Assembly (NCBI GenBank): GCA_001929475.1
Contig: LXFE01000183.1
Coordinates: forward strand, 1-39,296
Length of the DNA: 39,296 nucleotides
Reading direction: 5' to 3'
Origin: Neolecta irregularis DAH-3
Taxonomy: Eukaryota
Made by a program: the position numbers and the translations under genes. The notes beneath the pieces were generated by a model, which had not been told where the DNA came from, did no database searches, and saw only the letters and a list, made by a program, of their open reading frames with translations. Position 1 is the first letter of the stretch. Each line of letters starts with the position of its first letter. Positions 10,065-23,854 of this stretch are shown here, piece after piece.

Positions 10065-12355
10065 TTACATGCGCCATATTGAATCTGCAACATCCACTAC
10101 TTGACTCATCTCCTTGACATCGTGTACGCGGACAATATTTGCCCCCCCAGCAACACAAGCAGAAACAGCACTAGCTGTACCCCAAGTCCTCTCATGGGGG
10201 TTTGTAACACCGGTTATTTTACCAATAAATAACTTCCTGCTTGGTCCAACAAGACAAGGGAAGCCGTGTAGGGTACTTTTAAACTCAGCCATTCTTCGTA
10301 AAATTTCAATATTTTGCTCTTTCGTTTTGGCAAAACCAAGACCTGGATCGAGGATTATATTCCATCGTTTTACTCCAGCTTTTATAGCGAGTTGTATACG
10401 TTCTTTGAGTTCATTGGCGATGACTTGTATCAGGTCACCGTCATACTTGGTTAGACTGGTCATTGTTTCAGGAACTCCTCGCATATGCACCAGACAAACA
10501 GGTACATTCAGTTTGGCCATCGTGGAGAACATTTCAGGATCAAAGGCTCCAGCGCTAACATCATTAATCATTGTGGCCCCCGCCTCGATGGCTCTTCTCG
10601 CGACTTGAGCTCGGTAGGTGTCAATACTTATGGGAACATCGATGCCGGCTTCTCGGATAGATTTGATAGCGGGTATAACACGGTTCAACTCTTCGTCGGC
10701 ACCGTAGTCAAGCGCATTTGGTCTAGACGATTGACCACCTATGTCGACGATAGTAGCGCCCTCTTTTACAAACCTTTGGACAGTCATGACCACATTGTCC
10801 AGACTATGTTTTCCGCCGTCCGAAAATGAATCCGGAGTCAAGTTCAATATCGCCATAATAGCTGTAGAATTTTTGCAAGGCGAAAAAGCTACTCGTGGGG
10901 AAGTAAGAGTTTTTGTGGTTAATCTAGATAAAGCTTTGTCGATTCTCGACAATTGTGTCGGATGAATGAGATCCGGTGCAAGGCTGAAGGTAAGCAATGA
11001 TATGAGGTCAAAAGATACTCAGACAAGGGCTTTAGCACGAATTCTCTTTCCATCATCAACGGATGGGGTACAACCAATTCGTCTGTAATGATTTCTTCAG
11101 TTCCGTACAACAATATGTCGAGGTCAATTGAACGTGGTCCATTGTTGATACTAGCTATTCGTCCAATATCATTTTCGATCTTTTTCAATCGAACCAACAA
11201 CTCTTTGGGGTGGAGACATGTTTTTACCTGTAAGTTGTAAAAGATCGGCAATGAATAGAAGATATAAGCATACCTTACAAACTCCATTGATGAAATTTGG
11301 CTGATCAGTCACATACATCGGATTTGTTTCATATAACATAGAGGTATCAACAACGCTAATGCCAGTAGATTCGAGACGCTCAATGGCAGTCTGAAGATTT
11401 TGTACACGATCTCCAAGGTTGCTCCCTAATGCTATGTAAGCATCTACGAAGTCGGATTCTCCAGATGGAGGTCCTATTAGGTCTCGTGTGATCTGGACTC
11501 CAGGTGCTTTTGCAAAGCTGAGAGCACTAGGCTTCTCCGCGCTTACTGAAACTTCCTTTATACCCGGAACAGCTCGGATAAGATGAGGGATGGATGTAAC
11601 TAACGCCTCAATTGTAAGGTATTTGGAAGTCTCAATATGCTTAAGGTTAGAAATGCACTGAACTAAATAAATGGGTGTACGTCAGAGATAGTGTCTATCA
11701 TTTCGCGTAATTTGCATTCCTGTTCGTTTCCGTCACCCTTGTGGAAAACAAGGTCTATGTCAACAAATTGCTTCTCCAGTCTTTCGCAAGGATTCACTCC
11801 GATAATAGTGGCCAGTCGCAGTTGTTTAACAAAAAGCATGGCTTTTTTCTCATAAATTCCCCTGATAACTTCACAACCAGATGTTGCTGCCCTTAGAAGT
11901 GCATGTGGCTTCTCAACCCTAACTTTTGCCCATGGCACTCCTGTCGATGACTTGGTAATCATATCGCCAATTTTCTTTGCCAATTCATGCGTACTGGCAT
12001 GCTCTTCTGATTCGACCTGTTGAATCACCTGTTGTGTGAGAGTCCCATAGTGTAATGAATGTCCGATATGGTCTGTTAGTCCGGCCTTGGCAATGGAGGA
12101 TCGCAACCATAACGAGATAATAACCGGCTGATCAAGAGGACGATGCCATTGATCTAAACCGACCTTTGCTTTCAACTGAAGATCACGGACATATATGAGA
12201 TCATTTGGATCAACCGAGTAGGCCATTGGATATATCGAGACTGCTGTTGGATTATGACGTTGCTGCCGCAGACCAAGGCTGAGGGCTGGATATCGGCAGC
12301 CTTCAAAGGGTACAAAAGAGTGAAAAGACTGGTGGTTGAATAGCGAGATTCTCAT
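10065..12355 (-). CDS. FOL1: Trifunctional folate synthesis protein (DHNA-DHNA-HPPK-DHPS); second in-frame ATG at 12226
   Basis: DHNA (SLHYGTL, EKPHALL, IIGVNPCERLEKQ), HPPK (AYIALGSNLGDR, GPRSIDLDILLY, PHPLMMEREFVL) and DHPS (IMAILNLTPDSFSDGG, DPGLGFAK, GPSRKLFIG, IVRVHDV). Three introns of 41, 46 and 35 nt. Confidence 0.96.
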
Positions 12356-12606
12356 TCATCCTAGAAACAAGTGAGGTCCCTTGGAAGGAAGAGGGTTATC
12401 CCAAGGATTAGATATCGGGGCAAGAGCGAGGTCGAACAAATGTCTTAGGCTGAATTTCTGGTCTTGGACCAGAAAAACCATCAGTACAATACATATGACA
12501 TACATTACTAATTGTTTTACACTAGTTTGAAACTGCATTCAGTGCAAAGTGACATTGGGAAGGATCTGGGTACCAGTCTGTCCTTCTCTTTGACCCGAAG
12601 TACTAT

Positions 12607-15600
12607 CTAAAGAAATCTGAGCTGAATTACTAAAAGACCCCATGGAATTTGCGTGTGGCGTATCACTGATTACTGATGGTACTGGTGAACCTTTGTTAGC
12701 CACGGGATCGGCGGGTTTGGTCTAATATGAGTTAGGCAGTGATATTGAAAGTTGCAACGCTGCTACCTTTGAAGGCTTACATATTCCCATAGCTTTTGCA
12801 AGTATATCCTTTATTTTTAGAGACTTAACTGGAGTTGATACAGTAGTTGCAACATTTGCAACTTGGACCAAAGGTGGAGCGCTAATCGGATAAGCATCAT
12901 TGAGCAAATTCGCAACACTCATCGTTTTAGGTTGAGGTGATACTTGTGGTTCGAGAGAGCTGGACTGCGTTATGTAAGACTGTAGTAAGGGATAGTCAGT
13001 AAATGCACGGGGTGGAGGATTTAAAGTCCATGCGGCAGACCCTGGGATGTGCCTCTGAAAGAAAATAGAGTAAACATCGATCATTAATTCGTCGATATCT
13101 GCTGGAGGAATCAGTCCCGCGTTGAGCTTTCTGAATTCAAAAATCTCTCGTAGTAAACCCACTTCTGAAGATACAGTATCAGTTTCTGCATAGAAGCGTT
13201 CAAGAATGGGGGCGGTCTGACTAAACTTCTCCTGGTTGATCTTTCCAAGAAGGTCCTCAGTGTGAGATATCCTATATTTATCTCGGATTATCTGGCATAG
13301 TCAAATGACTTTGCTAAAATGACCCACACCTTGATATAGACTTTGCATAAATACTCCCATAAACCAGAGACGTCCCAAATTTGATTTGTACTACGCCTGA
13401 TCTTCTTCGCTAACGCAAGTAGAGTTTCCAGATCGTGATCAGATTCGATCATTTGTAACGAGAAATAGGCATATTTGTTTGTGTGAATGAAGAAACGACC
13501 AGGCCTAGATGATTAGTAGCAATCACATATCTTCTTTTTTGCCTTTCGAATTCCGACCGCCAGAAAGGAAAGAGCTTAGTTCCTGTTGAGGCTAACAGTC
13601 CCATTTCTTTGCGGGCTTCAATGATGTTTCCAAACACTTCCAGTTGAATCTTTGCATGCTACCTTTCAGCATTTCCTTTAGCAATTAGAATTTATACCAT
13701 GTATGTTGAACGATGGTGTCGCACGCTGGTATTCATAGTGACCAGCTTTTGTAGGCAATTTTGTATTAAACAGAAGAATGACGTCCGATAATCTAGTTCA
13801 ACACACTCAATTGCGGGGCAGTATCGTGTATCTTTTATCAAGTCTGTTGCGGAAACCGGCTAAAAATTAGACTTTTTTCAAAGAGTTGCATACATCAATT
13901 TTATTAGAAAGCACAAGTTTGGCGGACGAAGTAAAGAGTTTGTAATGAGGCTCAAGCAACCGTTGTTCTTCATTATTACTGTCGCTTGAGAACACTGGGG
14001 CTCGTTCAGTGGACATTCGTAGAAACCGAATTGCTTTTACTGGATCTTTGTTAAGTTTCAACAAACATTTCCCAATGTTGTAATCAAATCTTCAATTAGT
14101 GTCGCTGGAAGTGGAAAATACCTCCAATCATTCGGAAACTGCTTAGCAGCCATGAAATAGCACTGCATTGCACAACTTACCGCCTGTTTGTAGCCAATTC
14201 CATGATAAGCAGGATTATGTTCAAGTTGAGTTCCGTCTCCTCGGCTATATAACCGGATAAGATTGCATTTGAACGCTTCAAGAGCCAAGGGTTCGTGTGC
14301 TATGCCATATATATGGTTCCCCATCTCGAAGAAAAGACCCGAAAGAGTCATTTGGGACGGAAGTTCTTTAGAGGTGGAAGTATTGAGCACGAGCGTAACA
14401 GCCGCCATAAAAGATAAAGTTGCTTTCTGAGTTCATCAAGAAACTGTAGAGAAAGATTTGTCAAACCTTTTGCAACGCTACTATCTCGCTCTGTTCTTTC
14501 CTAATTGCATCGGCACTCCAGGACATATAATCTTCGACCAGAAGCACATATGTATGTGCCAAAGCATACCAAACTTCCGGTTTCAGATGATCCACCGCGA
14601 GCGCCCACTTATGGTAAGCCCAAAACAAACACTGGTGTTTGCTTACCCGAAGATTATCCTGGGCATATTCGAGTTCAGATGTTTCCCGATTCTGTGTAGT
14701 ACTTTTACGATTCTTATACTGCGTGATGCCTGTCTTACCCATAATGAAGTAGGTTATGAAGAGAGCTAATGTTTGAGCAAAAGAATGCTGATTCGACACC
14801 CTCACTTTGATCTACTTTGGATTCAAACCCTCCGGGAAGTTGTAAAACAGTGCCTCTACCCTTCAAAGATTCGAACAAAGCGTCGGTTCGAATGTGGCCC
14901 TCTATGTAGGTATCAATAACCGTAAGGTCCGTCTTCAATGCTATAAGGTCAGTGACAACTTGAACAGGGCGAATACGGCTTGATGCTATCGGGGGCGGAC
15001 CAATTGCTAAACCCACCTCCCCAAGTGCAGACCAGATAGGATTTTGAGGAAGTATCAATTGCCAAGGTTCGACAGTCGGGATAAGCGGGAGTAACAAAGC
15101 TGCAATAACAATTGCAGATGATCCCTCAAGGGGCTGTTGAGGTGACCCGTGGTCCGTCAGTAGCCATGACTTTTCGAACTGAAAAGTCAAGATTAGACAA
15201 AAGGGAAGAGTTACCGTCAAATCATATCGACATTGCAAACATTGTAGAAGATCGGCGATTACCATAGTGTCTCGCTCAGAACTTACAAGCTCGACTTGTA
15301 AAAGATCGAGGAAGGCTCCTGTTAATCAGTAATTAGCCACTCGGTATATGATACCCCCTAAGAGAAAGCAATAACTTCGTGACCCGAGTTCTTGATGAAC
15401 CAATGCGAGAAAAGTAAGAGGATAAGCTCGATATTTCACCATTTCCTGATAGCTTACATCTTCGAGTTCAGATATTTTTTCGCTTAATGCCGGTTTATAG
15501 AGCATGTAAAAAGCGATCCACAAGCCGACAAACATATCTCTCATAGCATGCAAAAATTCTTTTCCAGGTTTTCGAGCCTCTGGCAAGTCTTCGTTTTCTG

Positions 15601-18431
15601 CAACTGTATCTTCGTAATAAGCAAAGACCAAGAGGAATCGAATAAGCCAAAGTATGCTTGACATGGCATCCTTCCTTTCTGTGGCATCCAGATCTCCAAC
15701 AATATCCGGGTGGCTTTCAAGGATTTGAAGCAACAATCGTGTATTCTCGGTAGTCTTACATCAGTCATCGGATATTCGATCATTATTACCATCCGAAGGC
15801 TTGTAAGTATTTCAGTCCTAGGATCGCGATGTAAATCAGATGTATTAAAGGTCAAACTTTGTGCAACCAGCTCGAAAATTCCAAAAAGACACTTCAGAGC
15901 GTCTGTGTACCGCTCTTTTTTTATGTATGCCTGTATTGATTACTAAAACAGATGTCTAGAAGGCATACATCTTCAAGTAATCGCCATAGATGAAGACGAA
16001 ATTCCAGACTCGAATCAGCTATAAACCGGCGTATTGTTATCATGGCTTCCCTTTCAGACCCATTGACCTGCATCTCGCCTTCGTATAGTAAGATGGGCTC
16101 AATTTCGCGAATAACATCTTCAGAACTATCTGGACCTGTACCTTCGAACACGCGGGTAAAATGATGAATTGTGCGAAGTTTGGATATTTCTTCACTTGTC
16201 CTCTTAAGTGAAATCGAACAAATCGCACGGCTGCAAAGTAAGCAGAATTTGCGAAGCAATTTGAACCTATTGGGAGCTTGAAGCTCATAGTTTGCTGGGT
16301 CGTCAACTCCAAGAAGAAGCTCATAGATGCCGCTGTATATTTCCAATATTAGACCCGGACATTCACCAGTACACTGTAAAAGGACAGCACTACACCACTC
16401 GAACCTTATGTCAGAAGAATAATTATATATATCAAACCTCAGTAGTGTCATATGAGCATCAGACTCATTTTTTCGATCAGTATTGAGACTACAAAAGAGT
16501 TCTCCAACTAGAGTTCTCCATTTGGTTGAACGTAGATTTTTATCTTGCATAAGTGCTTCCCAAACAAGATCGTTTTCATCGTTTTGCTTAACCAAGATCG
16601 CATCCATAAGATCGTCCAGATAAATTTCGAACAGAGCTTGGGCCCATTTGATTTTTGCTAAAATCTGCATTTCGCCGGGATAACATGACTGGAGTTCTCG
16701 AAGACAATGATCTTCAATGATGAGTGCAACTTCGGTAACTAACGTTTTCATATTTTGTGTCCAGGGACAGGACATATAATCCGATTGGGAATCGGTCAGC
16801 ATTTTGAACCACGCTATCATTGTCTCCCACAAATGCATAGATGCACCATTTACAAGGGACATAAATCCCTCTGCATCAGTCTTCGTAGAGCAGCCAGAAG
16901 GACTCTGAGCCCGAGCAGATTTCTTGGCTAAATCGAGAAGCATCATTTCCGAACTGCTGATTTGCGGTCTCGCTGGCTCATGAGTGACATTAAAAACCTC
17001 AAGGTAAGAATCGTTCCAATCGCGTAATAAAGATTTGAAGTCATCCAGGATTCGATGGTCTGGATCTATTATTGAAGCTTGTGTATTGAAGGCCAGCGCA
17101 TCTGGAGCAGAAACACTTAACCCAACAAACCCTACAATCTCGTTCAAATTGGCGAGGAAATTTCGATCCGCACAGTCTAAGCCAGAGATACTTTCTCTTC
17201 CACGAGCTCGTTTGGCAGATCTTCCCCAAGCATCTTCATCACCTCTACGTTTTGAACCAATTTCTGGGGAGTGCGGAGGAATTTGTCGATCAGTGGACGG
17301 ACTGACAGGCGCAAGAATGCCTTTCGGTTCTGAAACATCCTCATTGTCTAGTGGAAGAACTATTGTGACAGGGAAGTATTCCTCTGAATCTGGAAATCTG
17401 AAATCTGTCATTCATTGAAACCGGTGAGTGTACGTTGTGCATAGAGCCCGCCTTACGCTCAGGCCGATTGAGTATAATGTTCGCTTCTTCGGCTTCAGCT
17501 GGAGAATGTGAGACCTGCAATCAAATCTTTGGCTCGAAAATCAGCTCGGAAGATCTACAACATTGATACCATTGAATCGATAATCTCGGTCGCAAATTCC
17601 CTGGAATTCCTGTCGCAGAAAAAATGGTTTGTAGTGTCTCAAATGAAGAACAAGCTCTATCTCTCAGTGTCTCGTAAACCTGAAGTAAGAAATTTATAAG
17701 TAAAAAAGTAATACAGCAAAAAGATCAACCAATGCTTGTGATTGACGCGGAGAACATTGAACAAGGTCTCCAGAAGCAGACGGCGAATTCTTCATACCAC
17801 ACACAATACATTCCAGAGCAAACCGAGTTAGTCGAGGAAGCTCCAGGATTGATGTGACCTCCGCCGTCTTGTACCATAAAGATTCGTCATCAGGATCGTG
17901 TAGCAGAGCCTAATTGCGGTCAACTAGCCGAAGACAAAGCGAAGGTAAACTTACCGTAGAAAATTTGTCCACAGCCAGAACAAGGACATTTTCATTAATC
18001 CTCTCTGATGGAGTCTCGCTCTCAGCTCTATCGATCATAAATAAACCATGGTTCTTGTATGCTAAATAGAGCAAAAGTTGAGCTGCGGAACTTTTAGCAG
18101 ACTTAATGCTCTACTATTATAAGTGAAGCAGCTTTGGGGTATTCAGCACGCACATCTGATTCAATTCTTTTTAAAACTTCAAGTTGAAACAATTCATCGT
18201 ATAAAGAGGCTGCCCGATCCCAGTGTCTCTGATGGTGTGCATCTAATGCTTTCTGGTAAAGTTTCAACGCTTCCTCAACCTATCTTGGTCGGCCTTTTTA
18301 TATTATGATAACAGACTTGCACTTCCTGAGTTTTAAGCTCTGCTTCGGTCTCAGATATGGGGACCGCATTGATTGCAGTGAATGTTGACTGGACTCATGA
18401 GCCCAACATGTATAAAGAGCAATTTTACCAT
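12607..18431 (-). CDS. HIR3: HIR complex subunit Hir3/CABIN1-like, about 22 exons (3' end approximate)
   Basis: N-terminus M|STFTAINAV..EVQVEEALKLYQKAL, YLAYKNHG, LEPHYKL, HRSTY and WRSEFERPGRFF match the Hir3 family. About 21 introns of 32-45 nt. Confidence 0.85.
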
Positions 18432-18679
18432 CTCAAGTCCTACCCGATCCTCCTTCGATCATATCCAGTGTATCTCCGAGTTAAGAAGAATGCTAATCAA
18501 CCCTGATGGTCTGGTCACGAAATCGGCAGCCCACGGAAGATGGTATAATGAAAAGTGTAAACACCCAAATTGCATCTAACTTTAACCTCCACGCTGGATA
18601 TTCAGGTTATACTCTTAATCTATAAAATTACCAATTGAAAGTCAGTTATCTGAAGGTCTTATTTATTCAATATCTGTAG
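18432..18679. promoter_or_regulatory. Compact divergent promoter region HIR3 / ChAPs gene
   Basis: 248 bp between opposing start codons; TATAAA at about 18621. Confidence 0.5.
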
Positions 18680-21238
18680 ATGGAATTTTTGCGAAATGTT
18701 CCGGAGTAATGTTTCTTACACACTGGGTATGCTGCTGACGTATAAGGTTTCTCGAAACAGAACCCGAAGAATCAATTCTCGCTCGAAATATTCAAGTATC
18801 CCAATGGAAAGAACTCGGCCCACCAGATCTCGTTCATCTCACGAAAAACCAGATTGTCGGAAGTCGCAAAGAGGTTCGGAGCACCGATTAAATGGTATTT
18901 AACTGATAAATGAAGGTGGGGTCTTACCATTTCGTTTCTGGAATTGACTCATCTTCTTCTGCAACAATTGCCGCATATATAAATTCTTTACAGTATGCGT
19001 TCGCACAGAACCAGTCATTCTTTGGAAAGAATCAAACCTTGAAGTTGACGAAAGGGGTTTATTGTTGTTTCAACGCATTCTCGAAACTTGATATGAGGGT
19101 TTCCGTAACCATCCCTGGATCCGTGGAAACTTTTGCCATAGATGATCGTGGGAGAAAGTAATAGTCCACTTTAAAACATCTCACTTAAACAAATCAGGAC
19201 TGAAACAAACTCTCAACTATGGATGGAAACTTATCTCTCATCAATTCTGAGATCCTTGAAATATTCGAATAAAGATAGTTCGGCGAAAGTGGTACGAAGG
19301 TTAAATCCTCTAGAAAACCTGGAAGCGGAACAACGATTTCTTGATGCTGCTGAAAAGCTCTTTTTCAAAGGTGTAACACCCAGGCTATCGTATTGAATTG
19401 ATCATCAAGGTCCTTTTCTTGGCTGCGAGGTCGATATCCAAATTGCTACTCTGGTCTCGAATCATTTGACAGATAGTCTAATGCAATATTTTCGAATGAG
19501 TGGTCGATGGGAATTTGCTGCGAATATGTTCGAAAAGTTGCGCATGAAAGAGCCACAAGTCGCGATCCTCCTGGCACAAACTTACCTCGAAATGGGTATG
19601 GCATTATTTAAAAAATATGATCCGACGTTTAGACGAGGAGGTCAAAGCTGTGAAGCTAATGAGCTCTTGCATAAAGACTCTCCCGATGAATTGGTTGCTC
19701 CTTGATTTGCAATCATCATTTCTTCGATCCAAAAATGAAAAGGAAATTGCATTACAGTGTGCTAATAAAGCCGTCTCTGCTGCACCCGTCGAATTCAGAT
19801 CGTGGGCCACATTGACGGATTGCTATATTGAATCTGAAAAATATGATCTGGTAGCTTCCCTCCCCTCTTTAATGCAGCTTATTATCCAGGCTCTTTTAAC
19901 TTTAAACTCGTGCCCAATGCTGAACGTTTTTGATCGAGACGATGTCAAAATGCCTCCTCACAAAGCGGAGAACCTTCCAATACCCGCAGACTGTGATTTG
20001 CCAGAGATAATTCATGAAGACGATATCTCAAGAGACGAAATCGTGAATTTCTAATTGACATTAGACTTACGGCTAGGCCGACCAGTCGTTAATCCGACTG
20101 CCTTCTCTGACACTTCGAGGAACATACGCACAGGCATATACCAGACTGACAATTCTTCTTGAGAAGATTGGTTGGGATGAACTGTTGAAAGTTCGCTCGA
20201 TGGTCTTCGTTATGGAAGAAGAATATCGAAACGAGAAAAGCAAAAACGCCATGGCAACTAGTGCACAGAAGATACAAGAACCAGCTGGACATGCAGAGAC
20301 GATACCTCAAATTGAATCAGATAAAAAATCCACAGACTTTGAACCAACCGCTTCTGCCGAAGAGATAAACGACGAAGGTGCGGCGAAGGAAACTACGGAA
20401 GATGATGAAAATTCCAATAGCGCTGTCTGTACATCCTTGCAGAATCATGACGCCGATTCTGGAGTTACTGATGATGACTATCGCTCAACATATGGGGTTG
20501 AAAAACCAAGCCAAATTATCGAACGTCAACTTGATCAACCAGCAATTGTAACACATACCGTAATCTCAAGAATCGAACATCCAGTTGACTGAAAATAGAA
20601 TGGTAATACGGATGCACCCTTCCATCATAAAAGACTGTGCGAAAGGTGGTTGGATCACCTCTTCATGGTCCTCTACGAGGTAGGATTTTGCTGTTAACAT
20701 AATCACTTATTATTCAGGACCTTCGTGTTTATACAATTTGGAGAGCCGAAATTGCTCACTTCAGGACGCAAACGATGATGTATCAGAAGAATGCCCTTGA
20801 ATGGGAAATTCTCGGTGATCTAGCCAGCCGGCTTCACCATAAGGTACCTGATTCTTCCAATTGCCAATCTAAAGTTAGAACGAAGCAATAGAAGCGTTTT
20901 CAAAGTGCCTCGAACTCAAATTTTCGACGAAGGCATGGAAAAGGCTACTTGACTATTTTGAAGAGGCCCAAGACTTTTCTAATGGGTTGACCGCAATTTC
21001 AAAATTGACTGCCTTCAATCATCGATGGTATTCAGAGGTAAATAAATCTATTCTAGTCGATTCCTCTAATATTCAGTTTTCGCCTGATCTGATAGATTCA
21101 TTCAGAAGGATCATGGCGAGGGAAGGTATGGTCAAGGTCAGAAGCACAATGGCTGCCAGCACAATGACCGCAGGTTCACGGGAATTAATGAAGAGATATC
21201 TTCAGTTACAATGGGTAAATGCTTTTGAAAAATATTAG
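18680..21238 (+). CDS. BCH1: ChAPs-family exomer cargo adaptor (Bch1/Bud7/Chs6), about 12 exons
   Basis: ELGPPDLVHL, GSYHFVSGIDSSSSATIAAY, YCCFNAFSKLDMRV, ALLTLNSCPM, IGWDELLKVRSMVFVMEEEYR, KRLCERWLDHLFMVLYEDLR and HRWYSEFSP. Confidence 0.92.
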
Positions 21239-21919
21239 TGGATAGTTCCTGTTAATATCGTGTCAAGAGAATTTAGGGGTATTATAAAGTTGCAGAGTCG
21301 ATTTGTTGTTAACTATGCTCCCTAATGATTCCATTTCTTCTTTTTCATATTTTTGTTGGTATTTGCATTACTTACAAATGAACACAAATATTCAGTCTCA
21401 CAAACGAATGAGCGACTCTGAAAGCCATCGAGAGGCCGGGCAATCGATGGATCCTTCAAATTCCAACGCAAGATCTTAGACGGATTAATAAAAAAAAGAA
21501 AAACACCTGACAATCGAATTGCAAAGTTCCACAATGTCATAGTACCTTCCTTAAAGATTGGTTACTGAAAAGAGAACTTAGAAACGACGATACTGTGAAG
21601 AGATTGTCTCTATGGATCGACAAAACGAAGGGCAGTCGAGCGTTTAAACTTTGTCCACGTAGAGGCTGGTCTGATAAAGTATATACCATTGATCTTGGAT
21701 GAATGTATCGCAACACCCTGACAAGTAGGGCTCCTAGAGTATTTTTTGTTACACGAGAACGTTATCGAAGCCCATGATCCAAAGCTGCGTAAAATCTGTA
21801 GAAACCACAGCACTGGATGTTACATGTTTGATAATTTTCTTAAAAACGTGACTTCCTTGTAACGAAGATTATACGTTGATACAAATGACTGCCTGAATTG
21901 TCAAACTCCGGACCAGTTA

Positions 21920-23493
21920 ATGCCGTCCAACAACTCGCCTGTATTTGTTCTCGACAACGGCGCCGCCTTCTCAAAGGCTGGGTATGTAAATTCGATATGT
22001 AAGTGAGTATCTAAAAATAAAATAAAGCTGTTGATATCGCAGTGTGATTCCTAATTGCTTGGTCAAATCGAAAAACGATCGCAGGGTGTTTCTCGGCAAT
22101 GAAATTAGCCAATGTCGAGATTTCTCGTCATTGAGATTTCGGAGGCCTTTTGAACGAGTATAGAGGATGCGATGCAATCCAGAATGACGTTATAGGGCTA
22201 CTTAGTTAGCTGGGAGACTCAGAAGGTCTTGTGGGACCAAATGTTTGATGATTTCAACGTAGGGATAATTCAACAAATTGAAATAATGTCAAGATCGATC
22301 CGACAGAAACTACCTTGATACTTACAGAACCTGCGCATAATCTCCCAATGATCCAAACTGCCACTGATCAGGTCATATTTGAAGAGTACGGCTTCATGAA
22401 TTATTATAGGGCACTAGGTATCATGTTTGAACCCTGGACATGGCTGAAAATTCAGGTGCCAGCCTCGTGCCATGGAATTCGGCACTGGGTGTGTCGACTT
22501 CTTCATCTACAGATAGATCTCCGTTAGCCTTGATAGTTGACTGCGGGTTCAGTTTCACACATATCATTCCTATAGTCGAAGGGGTAGTTTCTTGGCCCAA
22601 CGTCAAACGGTATGGCCCGTCATTTCACGATGATTAAATCATGGAAGTATCAACATGGGCGGAAAATTTTTGACAAACTATCTAAAAGAATTGATATCTT
22701 TTCGACACTATAACATGATGGACGAAACATACCTAATAAATCAAATCAAGGAAGCATGCTGTTACGTTTCAACTCAATTTGAGAAAGATCTCGAGGCTAG
22801 TCACAAAAGCAAGCTTAATTCCATTGTTCAGAATTATATTTTGCCCGACTATGGCCAAAATAAACTTGGCTATATTGCCGTGGAACCTTTCGATAAGGAC
22901 TCCGATGATCAAGTTCTGACTCTTGCAAATGAACGTTTCGTTGTTCCGGAACTAATATTTTCTCCAAGTGATATAGGTAGGATACTGTTCTCTTTAATTT
23001 TTGATGACGACAGGATTGAAACAAGCCGGAATCGCTGAGACAATTATGCATTCAATAGCATCATTTACAGAAGATATTCAAGCCATGTTACTGCACAATA
23101 TTGTCCTGGCTGGTGGAACTTGCAAATTTGCAGGGTTTCAAGATCGCATGTAGATATTCTTTTTATATTCTCATCTGATTTCATTAGATCGAGAGAATTA
23201 CAATCATTAGCGCCAACAAGTTCGCTTGTTCGAGTGATTATGCCACAAGAGTATGGTACAGTTAAACTACAGCACTGACAAGCAGTCCTCAAACATGTAT
23301 CTGGACGGGTGGTGCAGATCTGGCTTGTGATCCTTCTTCTTTAAATGAAGTTACAGTGACGCTTGAAGAATATGCGGAATACGGTTCTTCCATATGCGAA
23401 CGAAAGTTTGGCAGATACGGGGTGCAGACACCAACCGCGGGCAACTCGAGAGCTGTTTCAGTCTCTTCAGAAGATTTCAATGAGGACGAATAA
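21920..23493 (+). CDS. ARP6: Actin-related protein 6 (SWR1 complex), 9 exons
   Basis: VLDNGA..KAG, RPFERGYLVSW, QVIFEEYGF, VDCGFSFTHI, GGKFLTNYLKELISFRHYNMMDETYLINQIKE and LANERFVVPELIFSPSDIG. Eight 35-40 nt introns. Confidence 0.95.
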
Positions 23494-23854
23494 GTGAGGT
23501 ACTGCAAGGTCCTCTGTACCTGATGAGCAACTTCTGCCCATGACGTGCTTGTATTCACAGGAATGTATTAATATTGATATCGCGTTAGCGTCCAGCAAAT
23601 GTAACTAAGATCATCTGGTGTATAGTAAGCAATAGACGCTCAAGCCATGGATGATGATCAACACATTCATTCTTGACGTCTCCCAATTTAGCACCTGCAC
23701 AAAAGGAGCTTGGTATATTGCCAGCTTTTTCCAAGCCAGAACGAACACGTATAGAAATTCGAAATTACCGGATCAGCTGTTCCCGCTGCTCTGCATCATA
23801 ATTTCTGTCTCATTTCATCTTTACATTTGTGCACGCGATAACGGAGTAACTGCA

